A DNA stretch of 64,000 nucleotides. Origin: Owenia fusiformis (taxonomy: Eukaryota). Every line of letters starts with the position of its first letter. Positions within the stretch are counted from its first letter, which is position 1. The position numbers and the translations under genes were made by a program. Below, one piece after another: positions 50,916-64,000 of the stretch. The notes under the pieces were generated by a model, which ran no database searches, was not told where the DNA came from, and saw nothing but the letters and a program-made list of their open reading frames with translations. The stretch is from positions 38,874,001 through 38,938,000 of the forward strand of contig CAIIXF020000001.1 of assembly GCA_903813345.2 (NCBI GenBank), given 5' to 3'.

Positions 50916-52004
50916 AATCAGGACTAAATATTTGTAAGGTAGGTTCTAATTTATCTGAAATGTCAAAGTTCAGTGGGAAATCTCATTTTAAGCTGGCGGC
51001 GGAGTGATTTTAACCTTGGTGATTTTACCATAATTCTCTGAGAAATCTGACGATAGAGGGGGTTAGTGTCTTCAAGTTTATTTATCTCAAAAATTCGGTG
51101 GACAAACCATGGTAAGATTGTTCTAGCAGGCTCGGCGAGCCTCTCCCGAACACTTTGGTATGTAGCACCCATTTTTGTGGATGTGCAAAAACAAGCATGA
51201 AAAGCAACCAATACACATACTGCACATATATCATTCTTGTATGAGGCTTCTAACAAAAGCCTTTCAAGAGAAACCCATGGATTAGAGAGTCTATACCTCG
51301 GTGCAGATAAAAAATAAAATAAAAATGAAAACAGAAAGACGGGGTCAACTTCGTGTTGTAAATCAAAAGTCAACGGATAAATAAACTTACCATATTCATG
51401 CAGTTACAAATGATCAATCTTTTAGCTTAGTAATGATGTTATGAATTATCCCTATCACCGTCCATATAAATCAAAATATACCTATGTTTGGAGATCATCT
51501 TGAAATATTTCGCAAAATTATCCACCATGTTGTGTCACGTGGTATTAGTTTCGGAAATAATTTTGATACTATTTCAAACATTGTAATAAGGCACGTTCAC
51601 CACTACTCGTTCTCTACAGTTTTTATAAAATTATCAAAGCTAATCTGATCAAGAATATATTGAATTTGTATCTAGTATCCAAATTATTATTAAACTGACG
51701 GATTCACTTCCTAAATCTACGAATGCACTAAACGAAATGAAAAGTGACTTGAAACCCGGGTGAAATAAAAGTGAAGCTTCCAAAATGATAACAATGCAAT
51801 GCAATAGAGTTCAACTCATGACAGACAAACTAATAAAGTGCATCCTCAGCAAAAGGTGAAGACATTTGCACATTTCCCAAATAAAAAGGTGGGGTGGGGG
51901 AACTATTTTGGAAGAATTATATAATAGTACACCCCCCAAAAAATCACCCCCCAAATAAGTTCAGATTGCAGCTTTAGTATTATCATAGCCTACACTGGAA
52001 GATT

Positions 52005-52095
52005 TCTTATATTGTATTGTACTGCATTGCATTGTATAGTATTGTATAATATTGTATTGTACTATATTGTATTGTATTGTATTTTATTGTATTGT
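52005..52095. repeat. (TATTG)n microsatellite
   Basis: Imperfect attgt pentamer run. Confidence 0.85.
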
Positions 52096-52672
52096 GTGTT
52101 CTATTTCAATTTCTGCAAAATATCATACATCAAATAAGATGGAAGGTCTGTTATCCACTCCCATCCCATCAATATATTATTGATTTTGTTGTAAAGGATT
52201 TTCAAGGATGACTTGTATACAAAGGAATGGGGTCAATATTTCAATGTACTAATATAGCATCATGTTACTCATGCAAGCCCACAAAAGAAAAAATAAATAA
52301 TGTTATGAGTCAAGGGAGGGGGTAAAATTCCATAAGAATTTTTTTAACCATGAACACCAACTTTTATTTTGTGGATATCAATGAATATTTCATTAGATCT
52401 ACTAAATTACAAGAAATTAAATTTGAATTGAGATGATAGTATCACCCCCATACTGATGATTATACATCATCCATAATTTGGATAATATCAGGTGAACCTC
52501 ATTTAAAAACTCATCGAAATGGCTTGGTAGTTTGTTTAGAAGGCCAAGGATGGGTAGACTCAAAAATATAGGACTTTTAGATGAATTTTAAAGTTATGCC
52601 TTCTTATCTCATAAAAAGTTTCCTATGATAAGACAAGGTTGTCCAGATTAAGTCCATAATATGAGCTGATTA

Positions 52673-52960
52673 CACTGGCGGATTAGGGCCCAGGCCCCCC
52701 CCCCTTGGGTGGGCCCAGAAAAAAAAATTGGGCCCAAAATAAATTTTGGGCCAAAAAAGGCCTTAAGGCCCCCAAAAAGTCGGCCTTTTTGGTCATTACT
52801 GGGCCTTTTAAGGCCTTATTTTTTAAATTCAGGCCAAATTTTGAAGAAAATGGGCCTCAAAATTTGGGCCCACTTTGGCGTTTTAGGGGCCCAAAATTTT
52901 TTTTTTCTCTGACCTGAAATTTGGGCCCCCCCCCCTTGTTGGTTCCCAGATCCGCCCCTG
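52673..52960. mobile_element. MITE with 5-bp TSD, rich in internal GGGCCC/GGCC palindromes
   Basis: GATTA|CACTGGCGGAT ... ATCCGCCCCTG|GATTA. Confidence 0.85.
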
Positions 52961-53214
52961 GATTAAGGTCATCTTAAAGCTCAATATCTGATGAGTTTAC
53001 ATTTTATGTCTGAATATACCTAGAAAGGTCAAGGTCAAGATTTTGCTTAAAAGTTATATTTTAGTGATTCTGTTGTCACCAGAAGATCAATATGTACAGG
53101 TCATCTTTAATATCAATATATGGGATCCCATGTTGAGAGTCCACATTTGATTTCAAGTAAAAACAACATGGCAAGTGGCAGTAGGTAAAAATCCTGGTCA
53201 TAGTCTTTTATATA

Positions 53215-53317
53215 CAGGGTGACCCTATAAAATGCAACTCATGGATAGGATTGGCTGTGATTCTATCATTATTGACAAAGTCATTCCAAAAAAGAGTTGC
53301 AGTTTGGGGTCACCCTG
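53215..53317. mobile_element. 103-bp Tc1-type MITE
   Basis: TA|CAGGGTGACCC..TGCAACTC ... GAGTTGCA..GGGTCACCCTG|TA. Confidence 0.8.
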
Positions 53318-53571
53318 TACATAATCTGATATTTCAAAAAGGCCTGGTATGTGAAACAAGTGGTAGGAGACAATTATATACTAATACACCAAACTAAGAT
53401 ATGATATAAACATTGTTTGTATTTCATCATTGTGTACACATTATGACATACAGTACAACTGATTTTTTGGTCTGAGTATTTTAAGCTATGGAATACTGTT
53501 CTACACACTCAGTATAGTACCCTGGTGTCTCACTCTCACTTTGTCGTAACAGAATCCCAGGCTCAATAAGT

Positions 53572-53577
53572 TTTATT
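53572..53577 (-). promoter_or_regulatory. Candidate polyadenylation signal of the xylose isomerase gene
   Basis: AATAAA on the - strand ~125 nt after the TAA. Confidence 0.45.
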
Positions 53578-53700
53578 CCAAAAATCCAAACTCCTCCATA
53601 GATTTTGCCACAGGAGTCCAAGCTACATTGATTTTGATAAAGTTTCATCCTTTACAGTTTTAATATATTGTCTGTGTTGTTTACACATTCATATAGGTTT

Positions 53701-56700
53701 TTACTTGACATAATAATTAAGAATGGCTTCATAATGTTCTTGTTGTCCTGATGCAATCTCTGGTTCGCCATTCTTCAGTACAAACTCCTGAAAGTCAAAA
53801 AACACAAAAGTGAAGACTCATGAATGGAAGTTTCCTTGGCCATGTGGATTTGGATTGTAAATGTGATTATGATTCTTGAAAAGTGGGGGTGGGATAATTT
53901 GACACTGTTTATGTGTATGTTTCAGCAGTGGCTGGCATAGCAATGATTTGTTTCCTTGGCCGTATTAGCCCATACAACTGGTTATACGTTGAAGAGGGTT
54001 TCTTAATCTTCCTCCATTTCAAAACTTTTTAAAAAGTCTTAATAAGGAACATTGGCAATACAGATTCATATAAAAGGCTGTAAAAATCAAATCTGGTATA
54101 CAGTACCTCACACTGTTCGAGAGTTGCATTTCCATCGGCTAAGTCCTTCCCAAGTCCACTAGTGAATGAACTGTATCTCTCCTGAAATGACAATTACATT
54201 TATTACAGCATCAAATCTTCCTGGAATATCCTCACGTGTTCCTCTTCTGGATGCCAAGGTGACATCATTATCAGAACAACTTTTAACCATACCTAATACA
54301 TTTTTTCAAATTTTACACATTTATTAAGTCTACTTATGGGTACCAAATCTGGACCAAGATCTATTCAACAATATTAGTGAAGATAGTAAAAGGCCCATGT
54401 CTTAAATTTGAAGATTGTTATGCTTAACTTAACAAACTATATCTATTACCTCAACTAAGCCAGACATGACCTTCTCTTCAATGAGTTTTGCTGCACATTT
54501 TAGGCCACGTGCAAGGGCATCCATGGCACCTATGTGAGAGATGAACATATCTTGTAAGGCTGTGGACTCTCTTCGTACTTTACAATCAAAGTTCAGTCCA
54601 CCTGGTGCAAGTCCTCCCATTTCTATGATGGTCTAAAAATCAAGAACATACATGTACATTTTTGTATCAAATTGTATAAATAAGCACAATAATGGGCAAT
54701 ATGGTATATTACTGTGATAAAAAATAAGTAAAGCACTGTATAAGAACATTAGGATACTAGATGTATGCTTGTAAATTGTATTTAAGGATAAGGTGCAGAC
54801 AAACTGTTTTACATGTTATTGAGATGATAATCAATGAAAATAATAACAGAATGCAAGGTATACAATTTAAGTGTTTGCCTGATGCTTTCCTACCTTCATG
54901 ATCATTGTGCAGTTCTTTATATCCATGGGAAACTGGTCAGTGTCCCATCCAAGATCTGGGGAGCCTGTATTTGAGTCTATTGATCCAAGCATGTTGTATC
55001 TGCAAATATAACAAGGCATTAACATATAAAATGTCACCACCTGCCATTTATTACAGACACCGACCACCCAAACACCAACCAATGAACACCGTCAACAAAA
55101 AAGTTGGGGGCTATAGCAATATGTCACCATTGTTAATGAACTATCCCCTCCTGGATGTGATATAACTATGCACAAACATAATATCCTGAGCACTGAGGTT
55201 AGTTCTACAGTAACAAAGATGAGGCTCTTCAAAGAAGTAAAGTCAATTGGATGAAAAGAGTACCAACACAATGAGCAAGTTAATTTTGTTCTCGGCCTAC
55301 TGATTATTTCAGAATGTAATAACCTACGTTGTTCATGTTGTATCGATCTGATAAATGCTTAAATCCTATCCATAGAAATTGTTTCTACTAACTTGGCTGC
55401 CATAATGACATCATGCTCATAGCTGTGACCTGCCAGTGTTGTATGATTGGGTTCAACATTGATCTAAAATGCAAGAAGTATGCCTTGTTTAATGGTTGTG
55501 CTTGTAAATTTGCATCAAGTTTTGTGTCACAATCTCCCCCCTCTCCATCACAAAAGATTTGGGGTCTCATAAGAATGGACCTGCTGTGCATACTGTCCAG
55601 CAATTAACAGGGTATACGCAGCAGACCTGTAGTCAGAATTTTCAAAGGGGGGTTCACTTTCCAAATAATTCTAGGGGGGGTCACTTTGGCAAATTTGGCC
55701 AAAAATCACTCAAAAAATAGTCAGAATGGTGAAAAACTGCATGATTTTGAAAGAAATTTTGGTTCGCCCGAACCCCCCTGGCTACGGGCCTGCACAGTAC
55801 ATGGTGAACACAAAAATATATAAGTTATTTCCTACCTTGAAATCCTTATCCAAGCCATATGTCTTCAAGAAGGCAATAACAGTCATAGCATCTAAAAATA
55901 TAATGAATACATGTTTAGTGAGAAAGTAATGCTGGGATATGTGTACCTCCTTCCAATCCATGTACCATGCCTGGATGCACTTTCTAATTCATATTTTATT
56001 TCTACTTGTAAGTTTACTCTAATTCAAATCCCTGTGAATTTTACATAATATTTCCCTGGATTTCTTTCTTTATGGAAGTTGTGTCACACATAGTGTTGAA
56101 AATGGCTATTTTAAGTGCATTGGCAAGTTATATCCATAAGTTGACACATTTTTTATGTTTCAAATATAAATTGAGAAGGTATCAACTGCACTTTCCACTT
56201 ACCGTAGTCATACTGGTGCTTTGATGGTTCCTTCGGTTTGGGTTCAATCAGCAGTTGGCCTGTGAAACCAATCTTCTCTTTGTATGCTGGAGATACAACA
56301 CTGTAGGTGATGCATAGTCCATATATAAAGTATTGCACAAACTGTACAAGTAAATGATGGGGAATTTGAACAAACTCAAATTATGGCAAATATCAAAAGA
56401 AATGTGATTATTGTGTACTCAGAATGGTTTAAAAATCAATTAAATGTCTTATGCCAGTCACAAAAATGATGACTCTAAAAACAATTCTTGGTGATGACAT
56501 AATCAAAGCAGAACAGTGTGAACACTTCATAATGTTCACATGTGCTCAAAACCACAGGTTTTACTGTACAAAATAAAAGCTATAAATTTCTAGCTAAAAC
56601 CAGTCATTCTTGCAAATACATACCAACAACCATCTTGAAGAATGCAGCCATGTGGTCCAATTCAGCTCTCACATCTGTGTTCAGAATAGAATGATATCCC

Positions 56701-59700
56701 TCACGACCTCCCCAGAATACTGAAAACATGTACTAAATCATGTCATAATGTTTTCACCCTAAAATCATTTGACACATCATCCCTTAGCAAAGGATTTCAT
56801 TCTGTGTTTTCATTATCCAATATAGTATTTTGCACTGTGTACATATAAAAACTAAAACCTCAGCCTGACTGTCTATAATATTTTCAATTTCTAACTGGAC
56901 CCCTTGTGTGAAAATATCATGTGGAGGAATATAATTTAATTACCATAATTTTCTGCACCAAGCTTTTTTGCAACTTCAAGACCTTTTTTTACTTGAGCAG
57001 CAGCATATGCCACAATGTGCGCATTTGGGTTGGTAGAAGCCCCATTCATGTACCTAGAACACAGATGGTCCATTAACAGTACATGTATTTAAAGAAAAAA
57101 CTGTGGTGTCACCTGAGATAAAGCATTTACACTAATCATTGCTTTTATGACTCCCTGCATATTTAATGTAAGAGTTATTAATCTAAATGTAAAACAACAA
57201 AATAAACTTATTTTTTTATTTTGCCAAGTGTACTTTATTCAAATTTTAAAGGTAACATGACAAATTTTTGGGATTCATTTAGAGCCTGTTTCTTGAAAAT
57301 ATATACAATTTACCAATAGATTTGGTGAAAGCCTTCATATATTCTTACCTTTGATGGGCAAACAAATTGCAGGTTGCCCACAGTAATTTAACACCAGTCT
57401 CAGTCTGAAGCTCCAGGGCAAGGTCTGACACCTCATCTAAGATCTTATTGGTCTCTGTCAGGTCTGCACCCTCAGGGGCAATGTCCCTAATCAAAGAGAA
57501 AGAAGTGCACATAAGATAAACCTTTTTGATAAAGTTTGGGAAAGGGCTTTGTTTTTCTTATGACTGGATCAGCTGTGGTCTCTCTTGAATCTTACTTTTT
57601 CTGTGTTTTTGTAATGTCCTCAAGTGAAAACCTGAACTTGTGCAGATTGTAAATATGTTATTTCACCAGAAATTCTTGGACAATACAGCCCTGTAAACTA
57701 CTGCAAAGATCTCATTTCAAATAAAAATATTTATGATTAAAACCTCCCAAATAAACTGATGTTTGATAGATAAAAATGGTTTGAAAGGTAAATTCTGTTG
57801 TAAATATGATTTCACCTAGAAAAACAAAGATAAATTCAATACATTTTAGTCAAAATTCTTTTTTTAAAATGTCTTAGAGAGTGACCAGATCAGCTTGACC
57901 TTGGATTTCTAACACAGGCCATCAATTTCACTCCCAAATATGGAACATACAAAAATAGAGCTGTCAATCAAATATTGAACTGCATCAAATAGAAAGTTAA
58001 ATCTAGCTTTGATTTTTAAGTTGGTCAGAAGAGGCTTTAGTTTACTCAAAATTAGAGTTGAGGTTTTATATAATAAATGCCCAAAACCGTGAAATACCTA
58101 CATGTTCTTGATAAATATATGCGGGTCAATGTGACCTATTTGTAACAAATATTAAATTCATATGATATCTAAGCAAAATGAAAAACATAAAAATACATGC
58201 AACACAATGCCAGAGTAAGATTAAAAGCTGATTGAAAATTTGATTGATTGATTGATTGATTTATAAAATGCAAATCTTGATTAGGTTTTATCATTGTTTA
58301 CATGGATTTTCCACAGACATTACAGGGTGTCCAAAAAAACAGGACCCTAAGAAAGTTGAATAACTCGGTCAGTTTTGCATATTTTGCCTTAAAATATCAG
58401 AATTATTTAGTTCATTCAATGTGAATTTTTTTGTGAAAGTTTGATAATAATCTACCAATCGAGTCAAACACTACAGCTCTTTACAAAACATGCCCCAAAT
58501 GTGCACCTCTCCTCTCTATGCACAATTCAATCCGGCGAACAAAGTTGTTGATGATCCTCCTACACACATGTCTTTCTGAATAGACAAGTTTGTTCCAAGA
58601 ACAATTGCTACTGGGGCTTACATCTTCCTGATGAAGTGTTTCAGCATCCATTGCATTCTGAACAATGCACTGCCTGGGTGGCAATGAGGAAACATGGAAT
58701 CATCAGTCCTTTTTGGTTCGAAGGTGACTGGGGACATGCTATCACCATGAACAAGGACCAGTAAGTTTTCACTAAGTTTTGGAGGTCACTAAGCACCAAA
58801 AGGGACATCTAAGGAGATAAGCAGTGATTTAAACAAGCCAATACCATCCCGACACTGCAAATGATATGCTGAAATGGTTTAGGCAATGCTTTGGTGGTCA
58901 GCTTATCAGTTGCAGAACGCAAACCATATGGTCAGCTCATTCGCCAGATCTAAATCCCCCAAATTTTTATCTTTGAGGATTTTTCAAAGGCAATGTGTAT
59001 ACTGACAGGTCCCTAACAATCTTAAGAGGGCAATAACTACCCCAATATTTACTATCCACATTAATGGGTATAGGTCAGGGTCATTAACAACTTTGTTCGC
59101 AGGATTTGTTTGTGCATAGAGAGGAGAAGTGCCCACTTTGAGCATGTTTTGTAAAGTACTGTAGTTTTTGACACAATAAACAGATTATCATCAAACTTTC
59201 ATAACAAAATTCACATTGAATGAACTAAATAATTCTAAAATTTCAAGGTAAAATATGTAAAATTGACAGAGTTATTCAACTTTCTTACGGTCCTTTTTTT
59301 GGACACCCTGTACTTGCAGGTCCTTGATAATGAAAAAGAACTAATGAGACTTTCATATTAGCTCATTGCAATATTGTTAGTATACAAGTATTTTGATGGG
59401 AGGGGTCTATTTAACAAACTTAGTATTGCAATTGCTTTAATCCATGTATGTCCATTTTCACTTCTCTTCCTTAAAACATACCTAGTTTGGGAAATGAATA
59501 ATGGGGTATGGTCAGGGGAAGAGATGTATACAAGATTACACATAAATCAGGTAATACTTTACCTATCGTGGAAGCACCAGTACTTTACTCCTAGTTTAGA
59601 AAAGAACTCAAAACCTGCTCGTAACCTTCTCTTGGCATTGTCTATGGTGTTTGAGTTGTCTTCCCATGGTCTGATCAATGTGGGGAAGCCAAATGGGTCG

Positions 59701-61149
59701 GCACCTGCAAAGTCAGTAAATTACAACATTAACATGGAGCTCGAATTCTCATGGCTCTCATATCAAAGAAAGTTCCATTTTTGAGAAGATCCAAAACAAT
59801 AGAACTTAATACAGTAGTCCTTTCTGATATACCCATGCTATTCAAAACCTATAAACTTTGCGACTTACAACCTATTACATCATGAACTCAACTTGGAACT
59901 TTTGGAACTGATATTTTACTCTAGTTTCCTTGTTTTTTTATTTATTCTTTTTTCTTTATTCCAGTTAACATTTTGATGATGTGATATGATAGGATGTCCT
60001 ATCTGCATTACCTGTGCCTCTGAAAGTGTGCCAATAGCATACTGAAAATCTGCACCACTCCTCCATGGTCCTCCCACACACCACCTCACTTGCATTGTAG
60101 TGTTTGAAACATAGAGTGTCGCTAGGACCAGAGTCAGGTTTGTATTGTATCTTTTCAATACCTGAAACATTCAAGTTACTGTTGTCAGATTTCATAAATA
60201 TTATTATACTGTAAAAGGTGTAAAGAATGTTGCATTTAATCAAACTAGTATTCTCTTTTAATTTTATGATATTTGATTTGATGTTAAATGCATCTTTAAC
60301 ATAATCAGGCCTGTCCTAAGGGGGATTATGTTGGGGGTGACCAACCCCCTTTTACGAAATTTCTTTTTAAGATTTGGAGATAATGTTGCAAATATGGCTC
60401 TCAGATAAACTCAGAATGCACGAGAGAAGGTCTAAAATATTTTCAGGGGGGCATGCAGCCAGCTTTGCGTAGCCGCGAGCCTAGTGTGTCGACAGCACAA
60501 CCCATCCATATGGAAAAGTCATCCCCCTTCAGAATTCCTTCAAACAGGCCTTCATAATTGTCTCTTTGGTCTTCTAAATGCATGACATCAAACTATTCTT
60601 GGTATGCAGGAATAGGCACAGATGGATCAATAATATCATATCAATATTTATTTCAAGTCAGATATTTTTTGTACAATAAACATCAGCGCAAGCGCTAATG
60701 ACCGACATAAATAAGAAATAGCCTAACAGGGTTGGTTTGATCCATTTGGAGTGATGCTCTGATCTACTGCTAAAATTGTACATCAAAACATATCAATCCA
60801 GAAAAGAAATAGCAATACCAAAATAACCTCAATATATGTAAAAAGACATTCATACCAATCACCAACCAATGTTTTTGCAGCACTAACTTTGTAAAAAAAT
60901 CAACACCATAAGATTTGCATTTCTGGGGAGTCAAACTAAACTTTTGCCAGACATGGAAATAACTTATTTGTGTCATTGGATTATTCATAACCTTTAAACA
61001 CACCCCCTCCATTATATGCACAATCCCACAGTCCAAAGTGTTACAGTGACCTGTGAAAATATAAACACCTACTTACCAGGGAAAAATACTTTCATATCTG
61101 CAAGGTTGGCGGATTCTCCTCCCTTGGATGCTGGTGCAAAGGATGACAT
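53701..61149 (-). CDS. xylA: Class II xylose isomerase, 456 aa, 13 coding exons
   Basis: Exons 61149-61077, 60161-60012, 59704-59563, 57486-57349, 57053-56944, 56719-56624, 56286-56203, 55891-55836, 55463-55393, 54999-54894, 54632-54450, 54181-54107 and 53787-53701 splice in frame (1371 nt). Motifs: [75 protein letters not shown]. Confidence 0.96.
55622..55792. mobile_element. MITE, CAGGCC family, 5-bp TSD with one mismatch
   Basis: CGCAG|CAGACCTGTAGTCAG ... CTGGCTACGGGCCTG|CACAG. Confidence 0.8.
57870..58150. repeat. Dispersed repeat, inverted relative to the copy at ~11600-11850
   Basis: agtgaccagatcagcttgacctt...aacacaggccatcaatttcactcc is the reverse complement of ~11778-11832. Confidence 0.7.
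58323..59310 (+). mobile_element. Degenerate Tc1/mariner-superfamily element (rosa/maT-like transposase remnant) with ~230-bp TIRs
   Basis: TA|CAGGGTGTCCAAAAAAA ... TTTTTTTGGACACCCTG|TA. The + strand remnant [23 protein letters not shown] (~58929) is followed by C-terminal [22 protein letters not shown]. Confidence 0.85.
60306..60552. mobile_element. MITE with short CAGGCCTGT TIR and apparent 6-bp TSD
   Basis: CATAAT|CAGGCCTGT ... ACAGGCCTT|CATAAT. Confidence 0.65.
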
Positions 61150-64000
61150 AATGAATGTAGAGTTGCAGACCTGTGTGCCTCTCAAACTCCAGAGAAATAA
61201 TGTGACAATAGACCTGTGTGCAGAAATAAGTGAAGGGTAAGTGAAGTAGGAGTATACAGTGATAGTACTGTACTGTGTATGGTAAGTGCATACATGTAAA
61301 GTCGCCCAAAACAAGATCATCATGCTTTATTATTACAAATAACAGTTGAATAGAGAGGAATAAGCAAGGATTAAAATGAACATTTATAAAATAAACACTC
61401 TAAATTGTATAGAAATCTAAGAAAATCAGACACTTCATTGAGCTTTATGAGAAATCTGAGTGAAATAAGCTTGAACAAGTTGACATTTTTAGTAAGGGAG
61501 TCATAGGGTAAAGTTGACATCTGATATCTAGGAGTGCAGGTTAACAGTGCTGGTAAATAAACATATGATATCAATTAACAATGATTGGAGATGGACAAGG
61601 TCATTATTGAGGCATACACTAACTATTATGACATCATTGGTTTTCTAGCAGATTGTTCAGAGTATAGAAAATCCTGCCAAAGTAGAGGAGTCACACCATT
61701 GGATATTTTGAAAGCATTTCGAGCAACTCTGAAACATTTCTCTGAAACCTAATATTCCAAATCCTGTACTCCCAACACCCATTACTCAAAAACCCAAATA
61801 TTCCTAGACCTTTAAATAACATAAATACATGTACTTTGTTTTAAACCAGTTAGTGAACATTTTGCCAGTTATCTTATATTAGATCGAGTGATATTTACGT
61901 TTAGAACGTTATGGTCACCTTGACATTAATATCGCATTGACCTAGCTCTTTTATTTTTTCTCTTTCTCTTGTACCTTTATGACTTTTGAACAGGTTTTTA
62001 AAATCATTCCTTTTTTCTGCCTTCATGTATTCTGAATATTTACATTTTCAACAATTTTCAAGTTTAATATTTATAACTTTGTGTCTTGCTTTTTTCTAAT
62101 GTTTGAAGATTCCTAATTAATTATTTACAATAAACAAATGTTTAAAATCACAAGTACAAGATTTACATTGTTCATAATTAACCCTTTAATGTTTTTATTT
62201 GTTTATCTTGATGACATCTGCCAGGAACGGCATGGCGAATGATTTGAGACAGTTATATCTTTGACAATTACTTTACTCTGACAATATCATTAAAATTAAT
62301 GTTTTTTTGGATGGAAGGGAAAACATCTTACTTGAAAAACATTATTTTGATAAATTATCTCAGAAAATACTCATTATCATAGATATTAAGTCATTTTTCA
62401 TACCATACCACCTTACCATACCTAGCCCTTTAACAAAAATGCTGAGAACCTTAACAGACCCATTTTTTAGTTTTAATGGTTTCTTCATAACAATACATGT
62501 ATTTGTAATAATACAAATGAACAGGGGACTTGAAAAGTCTGGTGCATTAATTGTCTGTTGTTTAAGCCAAAATATTTTATTTTTGTGTTGTCAACACCCG
62601 AAAGGAAGGGGTGCTGGAAAATATGACCAGTAAATATTAATTAAAAATCACATTTTGTGTATTAAATAGAATTTCTCATTTTCTTTAAAAATGAATTCTC
62701 AGAATTCAGACTAGTTTGCCTGTAAATAAAGATTTTTCTCACTTTCAAACAATTTAATAAAAAATACTCCACAAAGGCCATTAAAGAAAAATAGCTAGTT
62801 GCACTCTCATTTGATCATTTGATTCATTTGAAGTATTTTCAATGTTTTCTTACAAGTCAATCAAAACATTCTTTCCATCCCATTGTCACCAACACATCAA
62901 ATTCTTACAGATTGCCAGATATAGCTTTTCTAGAATATGGATTAAACCACCAATAATTTGGGATTTTTTAAGCATGCATAAATGATGATGATTTTTCATT
63001 TTATGTAGATGTTACTTGATAGAACATAGATATAAATACAATGATCAATGAGCAGGTTTAGATTTAATCTGATCATTAGTGGAGAAAAAATCAAATTAAA
63101 ATTGTAAATACCGTATGACTGAATGTACAGGTCAACATGGCCATATCTGGAGGGTCAATATGGGTTTTGTGTGACCCCTACCCTCCCCCCCTTGAGTCTT
63201 GCCTCGTCACTTTTCAGAAAGATAGGCCTGTCATCTTTTTTAATTTGCTTAAAAAATGTTTTGCCTCAAGTTATTTTTGACACTTCCCCCTGAGCCCTCA
63301 ATACATGTGAATGTGTATATTGCAATTAAAATAGGAAATTAATATTTTATGATTGCACATTATCTAAATTCATACCAGCCTAAGCTAAGCGCAGATCTAT
63401 AAACAAAATTAATGATTTGAAAAGTTGTGTGATAGGTACAATAAATCATTATCACCGAGTTTTAAAATCAATTGCAATTTTTAGCCAATAAAAGCATTTT
63501 ACTAACAGTGATCATATCTGAAGATAGCATTAAATATACAGATGAATTGGAGAATGAAGTAACAATTCTAAAGTCACAATCTAAATATGAATGAATTTAA
63601 AGCCAGTATATCAAAGTTTTATTTTCAAATATTATGGGGAAAATGGAGATGTATATTTTAATCATGGCAGAACACAGTGTTCAAACAATGGCTATTGCTG
63701 AAAGTCGGCGCAATAGCTCGATAGAGTAAATCAATAATTACATGCAATGTGTGCCATCTTCTGAAAGATTCAATTGATGATATATTTATGGCCATTTCAT
63801 TAAACAACAACATCATACATGTAAAAATAAACTTTTAAAATACAAGGCACGAATATCAACATGTTAATATTAAGGCTCTACTTGATCAGACATTAAAATG
63901 GGATTATGATAAGTGGAACATTGCTAACAAAATAGGCGACTTACTTTTCTAATTCCTGGAGACAAAATTCAACCGGTAGATTCAAATTTGGCACCAAGTA

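Noticed and set aside
50963..51373. 136-aa ORF
   Set aside because: It has a TTG start, no recognisable motif and no convincing splice context.
52705..52917. K/G/P/F-rich ORFs
   Set aside because: Produced by low-complexity GGGCCC and A/T runs inside a MITE.
53701..61149. Bacterial contamination or very recent transfer of xylA
   Set aside because: It has twelve GT-AG introns containing host transposon families also found in the neighbouring genes.
61330..64000. Possible additional gene or RNA upstream of xylose isomerase
   Set aside because: AT-rich with no convincing exon chain, tRNA or rRNA structure; it may hold only 5' UTR exons or a promoter that I cannot place.

Overview
AT-rich animal genomic DNA, most likely a non-vertebrate: spliceosomal GT-AG introns, LINEs and MITEs, no prokaryotic operons or CRISPR. 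I assembled three intron-containing genes by hand with frame-consistent junctions. (1) The 3' part of a + strand single-pass membrane protein: Ser/Thr mucin-like stalk, TM helix and a C-terminal class I PDZ-binding motif (exons 7080-8039, 8521-8681, 12613-12726). (2) A - strand, ~3360 aa DIDO1/PHF3/PPS-family gene (PHD, BRK, TFIIS-M, SPOC; 26 exons, 20925-43555) whose 5.1 kb last exon carries a Y-x-P repeat tract and an HGGPxQ repeat. (3) A - strand, 13-exon, 456 aa class II xylose isomerase (53701-61149) with intact catalytic motifs. The rest is densely nested transposons: two CR1/L2-group LINEs, an L1/Tx1 fragment, Tc1/mariner derivatives, Helentron/DINE-like elements with internal tandem arrays, CA-ended MITEs with 5-bp TSDs, and minisatellites. 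I cannot establish a new biological system from sequence alone. The best leads are a possible Pol II CTD-mimic tract in the SPOC protein, a Helentron-like element whose 3' end sits at the branch-point position of two host genes, and the intact animal xylose isomerase. Coordinates were counted by eye and may be off by a few bases.
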